A DNA stretch of 59,907 nucleotides, taken from contig JARKSN010000246.1 of assembly GCA_029974275.1 (NCBI GenBank), positions 1 to 59,907 of the forward strand. Reading direction: 5' to 3'. This stretch comes from Candidatus Hydrogenedentota bacterium (lineage in GTDB: Bacteria; Hydrogenedentota; Hydrogenedentia; Hydrogenedentales; SLHB01). How positions within the stretch are numbered: the stretch's first letter is position 1; each line of letters begins with the position of its first letter. The notes beneath the pieces are model-generated. The model made no database searches and had not been told where the DNA came from. It saw only the letters and a program-made list of their open reading frames with translations. This document shows, in pieces, positions 19,336-27,831 of the stretch. A program made the position numbers and the translations under genes.

Positions 19336-20256
19336 ATGCGCGAAATAGGACAGATTCTGACGCCGATGGTGACGCCATTCAACGCCAAAGGAGAAGTGGA
19401 CTTCGCGCGCGCGGGAAAATACGCAAAATGGTTGTGCGAGACGGGCCGCGCCGACAGCATCATCGTAAGCGGCACCACGGGCGAGTTCCCGTCGCTAACG
19501 TTCGAAGAGCGGGCGCGGCTGTTCGAGATCGTCATGGAAGCAGTCGGATCGAAACTGCCCGTGATCGCGGGCACGGGCTGCGCCTCAACGGACGAAACCA
19601 TCCGGCTGACGAAAGCGGCGGAACGGATCGGCGTAGACGTAGCCATGATCGTTGCGCCGTTCTACTGCAAGCCCGACCAGGAGGGCATTTACAATCATTA
19701 CAAAACCGTGGCCAAAGCCACGTCGTTGCCCATCATGCTCTACAACATCCCGCTGTTCACCGGCGTCAACATCGAGCCCGGCACGCTAGCGCGTTTGGCG
19801 AAAATCAACAACGTCGTCGCCATAAAAGAGGAATCCGGGATCAACCCCTTGCAGACGACGCGCTATCTCATGACTGCGCCGAAAGGATTTCGCCTCTACG
19901 TCGGCGACGACACGATGGTGTTGCCGATTCTCGCGCAAGGCGGCGCGGGCGTGGTCAGCGGCGGCGCGCAAATCTGCGGCGCGGACCTTCGCAAACTTAT
20001 CGACGCCTTGATCGCGGGCGACATCGCCACGGCACAGGAATTCCACCGCAGGACCTTCCCGCTGTTCGAGTCGTTCTACCAGAACGGACGCATCAACCCG
20101 ATTCCGATTCTCAAGGCCGGCATCAAACTCGCGGGGTTCGACGTCGGCGAGCCGCGCAGTCCGCTCATGCCCGCGACTCCGTCCGAAGTGAAAGGAATCC
20201 GCGCCGTTATGGCCGAACGCAGCTACATCGGCAAACTGCGCACCGTCCGGAAATGA
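19336..20256 (+). CDS. dapA: 4-hydroxy-tetrahydrodipicolinate synthase (DapA family)
   Basis: TPMVTPF, SGTTGE, PFYCKP, LYNIP, Schiff-base IKE and NPIPILK. Confidence 0.88.
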   Translation: MREIGQILTPMVTPFNAKGEVDFARAGKYAKWLCETGRADSIIVSGTTGEFPSLTFEERARLFEIVMEAVGSKLPVIAGTGCASTDETIRLTKAAERIGVDVAMIVAPFYCKPDQEGIYNHYKTVAKATSLPIMLYNIPLFTGVNIEPGTLARLAKINNVVAIKEESGINPLQTTRYLMTAPKGFRLYVGDDTMVLPILAQGGAGVVSGGAQICGADLRKLIDALIAGDIATAQEFHRRTFPLFESFYQNGRINPIPILKAGIKLAGFDVGEPRSPLMPATPSEVKGIRAVMAERSYIGKLRTVRK

Positions 20257-20450
20257 GCGAGAGCAACGCACCCAAAAGAAACGCAAGGCCCCATTCCCAG
20301 GCGGATCCTCTTTGCGGCGCCCGGTCCCAGCGCCAAGCGCAAACGGGGAAAACGCCCGCAACCACGACGTGCCGCCACTGCCGCTACGAATACGCCTCCG
20401 ATCAGAAACGGTGCAGCATCTGCGGCTATCCCTGGCCATGGCTTGCCTAG
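20253..20450 (+). CDS. Small 65-aa protein with C-terminal zinc ribbon (CxxC-x10-CxxC)
   Basis: ATG overlaps the dapA stop (ATGA); ends CRHCRYEYASDQKRCSICGYPWPWLA. Confidence 0.55.
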   Translation: MSESNAPKRNARPHSQADPLCGARSQRQAQTGKTPATTTCRHCRYEYASDQKRCSICGYPWPWLA

Positions 20451-20515
20451 AAAACCTCCCGCGCGCGCCGCACCGAAAAATTCGCGCCCAGTAGTCTCCC
20501 CCTCTCCAGGGTCGC

Positions 20516-22150
20516 CTATTTCTTCCGGGTGACAACGGTCGAACTCACGCCCGTGTTCTTCACGTTTACCTTTTCGATCTTTCCCTGAGGCGTCTGGCCC
20601 GCAGGAATCGCCATCGTGCCCGCCGTTTCGATCGTGGTCTGGCTGCTCCGAATCCAACCGGTGGCAGGATCAATCTCCACGACGCCGGTTCCAGTCCCGG
20701 AAATATCCATCTTTCCGGGAAACGACGAATCGCCATTGCCCGGAGCAGGAAAAATTTCCATCGTGCGGGCCAACACGATTGCATCCGGTCGCACTTCCTT
20801 CAGGGTCCACGTATTCTTCGTCGACAACGCAAGCCCAAAATCGGCGCTGGTCAGCTTGCTCCACGACTCCCCGACCCGGACGGGTTCCCCCGGAAGGTAC
20901 AGAAAAAATCCAGACCCCGTCGCTTTCAAATTCTCCGGAGAACATATTTTCTGAATCATCTGATCAATGAGCGGACGGGCGTTCTCCGGAACTTGCAAGC
21001 TTTCAAGCGCAGCCGTATGCACCTCTGCAAGCCCCTCTATGTCGCCGACCTCTCCCCCAGGAGAAAGCAGGAACGTGAAGCTTTTTCCCGAGAGCGCCTC
21101 TCCAATGCTTGCACCGACATCCACGCCGCTCTTGAGAAGTTCCGCCAGGGGACCGCTGCCGTAATTCACGCTCACGGACTGATACGCCCCCTTTATCCTC
21201 GCGCTACCGTCAGCCTCCACCGCAAGGATTTCCATATCCATGACGGACGTTGAACTAGACGGAATGTCCATCGGCTTATTACGTAGATCAATATGCTGCG
21301 TCGATGTCTGATCCTGCTGAATGGTGAATATCTCGCCGGGCGTAAAGTTCAACGTCATGCTGACGTAGTCTCCGTACGCATCATGGGGCGTCCGCGACGC
21401 GAAAATGCCCACGACCAACGGGGCAGAACAAAGCAACACCGCCACAGCTACGCCTACCGCCACTTTCTTGGAAACAGCCGCCATGACGATTCCTCCCGTT
21501 TTTGTTAGGCCCGACGCAATGTCCGGCCTGATGGGCACTGGAGCTGCCAACACCAACGCCATGCATTTTTCCGTGTGCGGCCTAGCCGGTTTCGTCCGGG
21601 CGATGTCGTCGCCCAGTTCGCGGACCAAGTGCTTGCCGAGGACTTGGCGCGCACGCTGCAGGCGTTTGCGGGCGGCGACGCGGCTGATGCCCAGCAAGTT
21701 CGCGATCTCCGGCGCGCGGCATCCGTCAAAATAACAGAGCACGAGCACCTCGCGGTCCTCGTCGTCGAGGGCATTGAGGTGCGTGCGGACGCGCTCGTGG
21801 ACTTCCATCCGATCGGGCTGGGGATGGACGGCGTCGGGAACGGATACCTGTTCGAGAGAGGCGGCTTCGCGCGCGCGTTTACGGAGGGCATCGCGACTGA
21901 GGTTGCGCGCAATTGAAAGTAACCAGTGGCCGAGTTGCGATACCTCTTGCAGGGAATGAAGGGATTGAAAGGCTTTCAAGAACGTGTCCTGGCAGACTTC
22001 CTCGGCTTCCTCACGATTGCCGAGGTGGGCATAGGCGACCCACTGGACCGCTCCGCCATAGGTCGAGACGATGGTCCGAAACGCGTCCGGATCGCCCGTC
22101 AATACCCGTCGCACCGCCATTGCGTCGCGTGCGCGCTGAAAGATACCCAT
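20516..22150 (-). CDS. ECF RNA polymerase sigma factor fused via a TM helix to an extracytoplasmic beta-rich domain
   Basis: Region 2 (AEEVCQDTFLKAF, WLLSIARN) and region 4 (REVLVLCYFDG...EIANLLG...RKRLQRAR), then hydrophobic VAVGVAVAVLLCSAPLVVGIF and a ~280-aa C-terminal domain. Confidence 0.85.
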   Translation of the reverse strand: MGIFQRARDAMAVRRVLTGDPDAFRTIVSTYGGAVQWVAYAHLGNREEAEEVCQDTFLKAFQSLHSLQEVSQLGHWLLSIARNLSRDALRKRAREAASLEQVSVPDAVHPQPDRMEVHERVRTHLNALDDEDREVLVLCYFDGCRAPEIANLLGISRVAARKRLQRARQVLGKHLVRELGDDIARTKPARPHTEKCMALVLAAPVPIRPDIASGLTKTGGIVMAAVSKKVAVGVAVAVLLCSAPLVVGIFASRTPHDAYGDYVSMTLNFTPGEIFTIQQDQTSTQHIDLRNKPMDIPSSSTSVMDMEILAVEADGSARIKGAYQSVSVNYGSGPLAELLKSGVDVGASIGEALSGKSFTFLLSPGGEVGDIEGLAEVHTAALESLQVPENARPLIDQMIQKICSPENLKATGSGFFLYLPGEPVRVGESWSKLTSADFGLALSTKNTWTLKEVRPDAIVLARTMEIFPAPGNGDSSFPGKMDISGTGTGVVEIDPATGWIRSSQTTIETAGTMAIPAGQTPQGKIEKVNVKNTGVSSTVVTRKK

Positions 22151-22173
22151 GCTTCACTCTCCCTACCCTACCA

Positions 22174-22199
22174 GACGCTCGGCGCGTGAAAGTGTGACC
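22174..22199 (-). promoter_or_regulatory. Candidate ECF-type autoregulatory promoter
   Basis: GGTCACA-15 nt-CGTC on the minus strand about 25 nt upstream of the ECF start codon; resembles the TGTCACA/CGTC ECF promoter type. Confidence 0.45.
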
Positions 22200-22298
22200 G
22201 GAAAAACGCGCGCACCATACAAATCTCCGGTATTGACGGCGCTTCCCGAAGGGATGAGCTCAACAGGGTCTGCTATCAATCCAATCCTTCGCGAGACT

Positions 22299-23564
22299 TC
22301 ATTCATCCACTCGCAACAAGAGATAATCGGTCGTCGACAGTGAATTCGTCGCGGAGCAGAACTGGTTGGTAACAGACGAGGGGACATTGCTGAACATCAC
22401 AGGAAGGCCATTGGCTGTCAACATGTCCTTTCCATCCATCAACTGGAAATGCAGGTGCGGATCGGACGAATGGCCGGTATTGCCGACTTTGGCAATGACA
22501 TCGCCTTTCCTTACACGGCCTCCAACTTTCACGCGAAGGGTGCCTTCGCTCAAGTGACAATAGTTGCTGAACTCGCCGTTTTCGTGATCGATAACAATGT
22601 AATTGCCGCAAACACTGTTCCGAAAACCAATCTCGGGAGTGAGCTTGTCGATAGTCGCATTGGAGCGCTCTTCCGAGAACTCCGATGGATCACTTACAAG
22701 GGATTCCGGAAACTTGTCCCCGATTTCCACGACCACACCGTCACCGGCTGCCATGACTTCGCGATGAAAGATCGTGTAATCCGTAAGCTTGTGACGAACG
22801 ACTCTTGCTTTTTTGTTCGCTAACGGCACACGTCGACACACGGTCTTTTCCGCATTGGGATCTCGGCTAGGTTGGAATATGCCTGGCTCTATGACGTCTA
22901 TGGCGAACTCTTGAGAAACACTACGCCGATGCCACCCCAAATTCATCGGGAGATTCGCGAGGCACACATCGCCTTTCACGGGCAAAATGTAGTCGCCCTT
23001 TGATTGGTAAGGAATAAACGCGACAGGGCACGGAATGCGGGTCGTCTGCTCCCCTTGCTTGACGCTCACAGTCACACGGAGATCGTCCACCTTTGCGAGC
23101 CCCGTATAGGAAAAATAGATCAGGTTCGACAGTAAGATGATCGCGCTCTGGTCTGTGTGGATGGCCTCCGTCTCACTGAGTCTCGTGTTTCCAAACGCCA
23201 TCGCGCCAAATAGCGGCGCGAGACGAAGGTTCAGAACATCATTGAGCGGATCAGTCCCGAGAATTTTCCGGAACTGCGTCGTAACTTGTTCGATGGATAG
23301 GTCATCGGCGATGCGGTTCACCACTACTTCCCGGCCGTTCACTAGCCCCGTAATCTCGACTTCACTGACGGTTACCAAATCGGGACCCCGATTGATGACG
23401 AGCAAGTCCGGCAACTTGATGTTGGTTGTCCAGAGCTGACCGCACTGGGAGTACAGCGGGATTACTTTCTTTCCTTTGGTCAAACACTGGACGGAGACCG
23501 GGGCCGCGTGGGAAGTCGCTGCAAACAACACGAGAACCGAGAACGCAAACGAAGCCCATTTCAT
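22299..23564 (-). CDS. Secreted M23 family metallopeptidase
   Basis: Signal peptide MKWASFAFSVLVLFAATSHA; H...EFAID, GNYIVIDH, YCHL and GNTGHSSDPHLHF motifs. Confidence 0.85.
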   Translation of the reverse strand: MKWASFAFSVLVLFAATSHAAPVSVQCLTKGKKVIPLYSQCGQLWTTNIKLPDLLVINRGPDLVTVSEVEITGLVNGREVVVNRIADDLSIEQVTTQFRKILGTDPLNDVLNLRLAPLFGAMAFGNTRLSETEAIHTDQSAIILLSNLIYFSYTGLAKVDDLRVTVSVKQGEQTTRIPCPVAFIPYQSKGDYILPVKGDVCLANLPMNLGWHRRSVSQEFAIDVIEPGIFQPSRDPNAEKTVCRRVPLANKKARVVRHKLTDYTIFHREVMAAGDGVVVEIGDKFPESLVSDPSEFSEERSNATIDKLTPEIGFRNSVCGNYIVIDHENGEFSNYCHLSEGTLRVKVGGRVRKGDVIAKVGNTGHSSDPHLHFQLMDGKDMLTANGLPVMFSNVPSSVTNQFCSATNSLSTTDYLLLRVDE

Positions 23565-23593
23565 AACAGTATTCCTTTCGTCTCTGACGCCAC

Positions 23594-25267
23594 TCACACC
23601 ACCTTCCGATAGCGGTGGCGGCGATTTTCGAACAAGCGTGTGCCGAGTTCCTTGAGGCGCCATTCTTCGTATTCTTGGTAGTTGCCTTTGAAGAAGCGGA
23701 CTTGGCCTTCGCCTTCGAAGACGAGCAGGTGGGTGGCGATGCGGTCGAGGAAGAAGCGGTCGTGACTGATGACCATGATGCAGCCGCTGAAATCCTCGAT
23801 GGCCTCTTCGAGCATGCGCAGGGTGTTGACGTCGAGGTCGTTGGTGGGTTCGTCGAGCAGCAGGACGTTGCCGCCGGTTTTGAGCACCTTCGCGAGGTGG
23901 CAGCGGTTGCGTTCGCCGCCGGAGAGTTCGCGGACGGTCTTCTGTTGGTCCGCGCCTTTGAAGCCGAAACGCGACAGGTATTGACGAATGGGGACGGCGC
24001 GTTTGCCGATCATGACTTCCGTGCCGCCATCGCCGACATCGTCAAGCAGCGTGCGATCCGACACCAGCGCGGCGAGGTCTTGTTCAACGTACGCGAATTT
24101 CACGGTGGATCCAATCGTGATGGCGCCGGCATCCGGTTGTTCCTTGCCGACGAGCATGCGGAACAGCGTCGATTTGCCGGTGCCGTTCGGACCAATCACG
24201 CCGACCACCGCGCCTTGCGGGATGCTAAAGTCCAAACCCTGAAACAAGGGCGTGTCGCTAAAACTTTTGGCGATGCCGGTCACGTCGATGACCTGTTCGC
24301 CGAGCGTTGGGCCGGGCGCGATCTGGATGACGGATTGGTCTTCCTTACTCGCGGCGGTCTCGCGCGCGACGAGTTGTTCGTATTGCGCGAGGCGATTGCG
24401 CGACAACTCGCGGCGGTCTTTGTTGCTCATGCGAATCCACGCGAGTTCATGGGCCAACGCGCGGCTGCGGGCGTTTTCTTTCTTTTCCTCGGTGGCCAGT
24501 TTCGTCAGTTTCTGCTCCAACCACGACGAGTAGTTCCCTTCCCACGGCACCCCGTGTCCGCCGTCGATCTCGAGGATCCACTTCGTCACGTTATCAAGGA
24601 AATAGCGATCGTGCGTAACGATGATCACCGTGCCGGGATAGTCGCGCAGTTGCACTTCGAGCCAGTCGATAGTCTCCGCGTCGAGATGGTTGGTCGGCTC
24701 GTCAAGCAACAACAGATCGGGCTGTTCGAGCAGCACTTTGCACAACGCGACACGCCGTTTCTCGCCGCCGCTCAACGTACCGACGATGCGGTCGTCCTCG
24801 GGCAACACCAACGCTTCGCTCGCCATGTTGAGTTTCTGATCTAGGTTCCATGCATCCGCCGCATCGAGCTTGTCCTGCAACACGCCCATGCGGTCGAGAC
24901 ACGTCTGCATCTCGTCGTCCGACATCTCCTCGCCCATGCGCGTGGTCAGGTCCTCGTACTCCTTTGTCAGCGCGACGATTTCCGAGAAGGCCTGCTCCAG
25001 CGTTTGGCGGACGGTCAGTTCCTTGTCGAGGATCGGGTCCTGCAACACGATGCCCGCGCGATAGCCCTTCGACAACGTCGCCTGCCCCTGAAAGTCTTGA
25101 TCCATACCGGCCATGATTTTGAGGATGGTCGATTTACCCGCGCCGTTCTCGCCGACAATGCCAATCTTCGCACCTGGATAGAAGCTAAGATAGAAATCCT
25201 TGAGGACATGCTTCTGTCCGTAGTGTTTGTTCAGACCGAGCATCGTGAAAATAAACTGTTCCGCCAT
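23594..25267 (-). CDS. ettA: Energy-dependent translational throttle ABC-F protein EttA
   Basis: N-terminus FIFTM...LSFYPGAKIGIVGENGAGKST; two ABC domains with LSGGE and LDEPTN; no TM segments. Confidence 0.92.
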   Translation of the reverse strand: MAEQFIFTMLGLNKHYGQKHVLKDFYLSFYPGAKIGIVGENGAGKSTILKIMAGMDQDFQGQATLSKGYRAGIVLQDPILDKELTVRQTLEQAFSEIVALTKEYEDLTTRMGEEMSDDEMQTCLDRMGVLQDKLDAADAWNLDQKLNMASEALVLPEDDRIVGTLSGGEKRRVALCKVLLEQPDLLLLDEPTNHLDAETIDWLEVQLRDYPGTVIIVTHDRYFLDNVTKWILEIDGGHGVPWEGNYSSWLEQKLTKLATEEKKENARSRALAHELAWIRMSNKDRRELSRNRLAQYEQLVARETAASKEDQSVIQIAPGPTLGEQVIDVTGIAKSFSDTPLFQGLDFSIPQGAVVGVIGPNGTGKSTLFRMLVGKEQPDAGAITIGSTVKFAYVEQDLAALVSDRTLLDDVGDGGTEVMIGKRAVPIRQYLSRFGFKGADQQKTVRELSGGERNRCHLAKVLKTGGNVLLLDEPTNDLDVNTLRMLEEAIEDFSGCIMVISHDRFFLDRIATHLLVFEGEGQVRFFKGNYQEYEEWRLKELGTRLFENRRHRYRKVV

Positions 25268-25298
25268 GATTCACCTATTTGTTGTTGGGTTTTGTGAC

Positions 25299-25386
25299 TT
25301 AAGATTCACCACAAAGGCACGAAGGACACAAAGAAACACAAAGGAAGAAATGGAACCCTTTGCATCTCCGCGCCTTTGCGTTAAAA
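25299..25386. repeat. Intergenic composite REP-like repeat, copy C (short)
   Basis: TTAAGATTCACCACAAAGGCAC, ACACAAAG units and CTTTGCATCTCCGCGCCTTTGCGTTAAA. Confidence 0.8.
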
Positions 25387-25407
25387 CCCTTTCTGTGTAC
25401 AGAATCG

Positions 25408-26706
25408 CTACTGTACCGCAAGCGGGTGTGATGAATAAAGATTGAGTTCGGATTCGCGCATGAACGCGAGGACTGCGGCAGGACCGTTCTTATGCGCCTC
25501 GGCGAAAACGATTTCATCGAGACCCGTCAGCGCGACGAGCCCCGGAAGGATGATCGCCGGGTCTTGGCTGGGGAACGCCGCGTCGCGCAGGGCGTGTATC
25601 GCGCGCAAGGTCTTGAGACCATCGAACCACCGATGGAACTCCCGCACCATGCGCGCGTCGTCCCGATGATTGCCGCGCAACGATTCCCATGCCTTCTCGA
25701 ACTTGCTTGTGCGCAGGAACGACGCAAGCGCGGGGTGTATCGCCTCGGCGTCGCGCAGCAGCCTGTCGCCGGACGCATCGAGACTTTTCTCCGCGAGCCC
25801 AAGCCATGCGCGAAGAACGCGATACGCCTCCGGATTGTACGCGAGAATGGCGTCGCCCTGGCCCGAAGTCGCAGCATGCACGCGCGGGCCCGTGCCGAAA
25901 GGCACGCGGCGCGATGCGCGCCCAGACGGGTGCACGCACGTGATTGCGATATCCCGCACATCGCCGGTCTTGACAAGTTCCTGCAAAAAATAAAAATCCT
26001 CGCCCGCCGTCCGCCGGTTCATTCCGCCAACGGCGGCGTAGGCCTCCGCGCTGCACGTGATGCGCGATCCCAACGCCGTGCGCCAGTATGGAGACCCCGC
26101 ATGCCGCAGCCCGATCGCGTGACACCGCAAATACAACTCGTACTGCACGATGGCGTCGTTATCAAGCGCATGCGCATAGGCCGTCGCCGCAGCCCAACTG
26201 TTGTGGTTGGCATAATGCGCGCGCACTGCCGGAAGGTAATTCGCTTCAACCAGCGTGTCCGCGTCGAGCGACAGCAGAATCGCCCGGTCCGCGCCCGTGC
26301 TCGCGAGGACTGCCAGACCCCAATCGAGCCCTATTTTGCGCGCAGCGCCAACGCCTTCACGGGGGGGCAATTCGCATTTCTCGGAAGCCGCATCGACAAC
26401 CGCCAGTCGAAGTCCATAGCGGCCTTCGCGCCGGGCTGCGTCTAACTCTGCCAGGACGCGTTGGTTCTCGCGTTTGACATCCATCGAATCATCGGCGCGG
26501 TTGTTGACAACGCAAATGACCAACGTGCGTTCGCGGTCTTCTGTCGGATTCACGCCGAGTGATGCGAGCGTATGAAACAGGAAAGACTCTTCTGCGTACG
26601 CCGGAATGACCACAACTTGGTCTACATCCAACACAGACGACGCAACCAAAGGTCTCGCGTCGAGGGCCGCCCTCTTGCAAAGATACTTCTCGATGGGCGA
26701 AATCAC
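25408..26706 (-). CDS. GT2/GT-A fold glycosyltransferase-like protein
   Basis: VVVIPAYAE, GVGAARKIG, SLDADT (DxD) and AGEDFYFLQ. Confidence 0.75.
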   Translation of the reverse strand: MISPIEKYLCKRAALDARPLVASSVLDVDQVVVIPAYAEESFLFHTLASLGVNPTEDRERTLVICVVNNRADDSMDVKRENQRVLAELDAARREGRYGLRLAVVDAASEKCELPPREGVGAARKIGLDWGLAVLASTGADRAILLSLDADTLVEANYLPAVRAHYANHNSWAAATAYAHALDNDAIVQYELYLRCHAIGLRHAGSPYWRTALGSRITCSAEAYAAVGGMNRRTAGEDFYFLQELVKTGDVRDIAITCVHPSGRASRRVPFGTGPRVHAATSGQGDAILAYNPEAYRVLRAWLGLAEKSLDASGDRLLRDAEAIHPALASFLRTSKFEKAWESLRGNHRDDARMVREFHRWFDGLKTLRAIHALRDAAFPSQDPAIILPGLVALTGLDEIVFAEAHKNGPAAVLAFMRESELNLYSSHPLAVQ

Positions 26707-27713
26707 GATCCGTCCGCTTGCGTTATGGCGGAAGGCGCTGGAGATTCAACGGGCGCCGACGGCGGGGAGGCGTTGCCGGGAGCGGCCCCAATATGTATGC
26801 GGCAAACCGCGCCGCGCGGCCGCACCCACCCCCTTGTGCGATCGCGCCGCGCAGGCGGCAACCTCGGCGTCAAGTCCTCGCAGGAAATGCTGTCCACGCC
26901 CGGGCCATATCCCTTCACCGCACACCAGCCGCTCACACAATCCGGCGCGGTCAAAAGATTGCATTCCGGCCCGAAACCAGAGGCGTCCAAGGGGGAAACC
27001 GCGAGCAGCGCAGGGGCGCGTCCTCCCGCGCGCGCGATGAATTCCATCGCCTCCGCCATCTGACGCCGTCGCACATTGTAGTATGACGCATCGCGATACT
27101 GCGCCTGCAACGTGACATTGAAAAGATCAATATTGCCGGCATCTCCGGGCAGTAGGAGCCTGACAAACGCCACGCCTTTTCCCATATACCAATCCCCGTG
27201 CCATGGCCGAAACCAATCGCCACTGGCGACAAAGCGATGATAACAGCGCTCACTGAAGGGATGCCGGCTCGCGATGAGCAGGCCGCTGCCACGCAACCCG
27301 GCGGGGAAGTGCGCGTGATAAACAAGCCCCGCTTTATCCAAAACAGAAATAAGCGTGTCGCGGTCCTGTTGATTCAAGACTTCCTGAAACGCGGCGACAT
27401 CGGGATGTTGCCCCACGACGACCTGCGCCACCTCCTCCAGGTACGCGCGCGCCGCCGCGCCCGGAATATGAAAACGCCCCTGGAGATCGAGAGACACCAG
27501 CGTCAGCTCAACGCGCTGCTGCGGGGGGAAAACCGGTTTTCCCGAGAGACATTTCGCCAAATCGGTTTGCGACGGAGTCCGTGCATTGAGAAAGATCAGA
27601 ATCGCCGCGACAAGCCCGCAGACAATCAACAACGACGCCATAGCCCGCAGCACACGCCGGAAAAAACGGAACCGCCACGACGATCTGGGCAACGGCGGTG
27701 TCGCATGCGCCAT
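26703..27713 (-). CDS. Membrane-anchored endonuclease/exonuclease/phosphatase (sphingomyelinase-like) fold protein, probably inactive
   Basis: N-terminal TM; PDVAAFQEV, SGLLIASRHP and KGVAFVRL. The usual NTHL, GDFN and SDH motifs are absent. Confidence 0.65.
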   Translation of the reverse strand: MAHATPPLPRSSWRFRFFRRVLRAMASLLIVCGLVAAILIFLNARTPSQTDLAKCLSGKPVFPPQQRVELTLVSLDLQGRFHIPGAAARAYLEEVAQVVVGQHPDVAAFQEVLNQQDRDTLISVLDKAGLVYHAHFPAGLRGSGLLIASRHPFSERCYHRFVASGDWFRPWHGDWYMGKGVAFVRLLLPGDAGNIDLFNVTLQAQYRDASYYNVRRRQMAEAMEFIARAGGRAPALLAVSPLDASGFGPECNLLTAPDCVSGWCAVKGYGPGVDSISCEDLTPRLPPARRDRTRGWVRPRGAVCRIHIGAAPGNASPPSAPVESPAPSAITQADGS

Positions 27714-27831
27714 GTCTTCTCAGCCTCCTACAGCGCTAACGATGCCACAAGCCGGCAGCGAGATCACGCGCCCGCATAACGCGCCATCCCCCCCACGCCG
27801 TCCGTGTGCATCCGCGCTCGTCCGATCGCTT

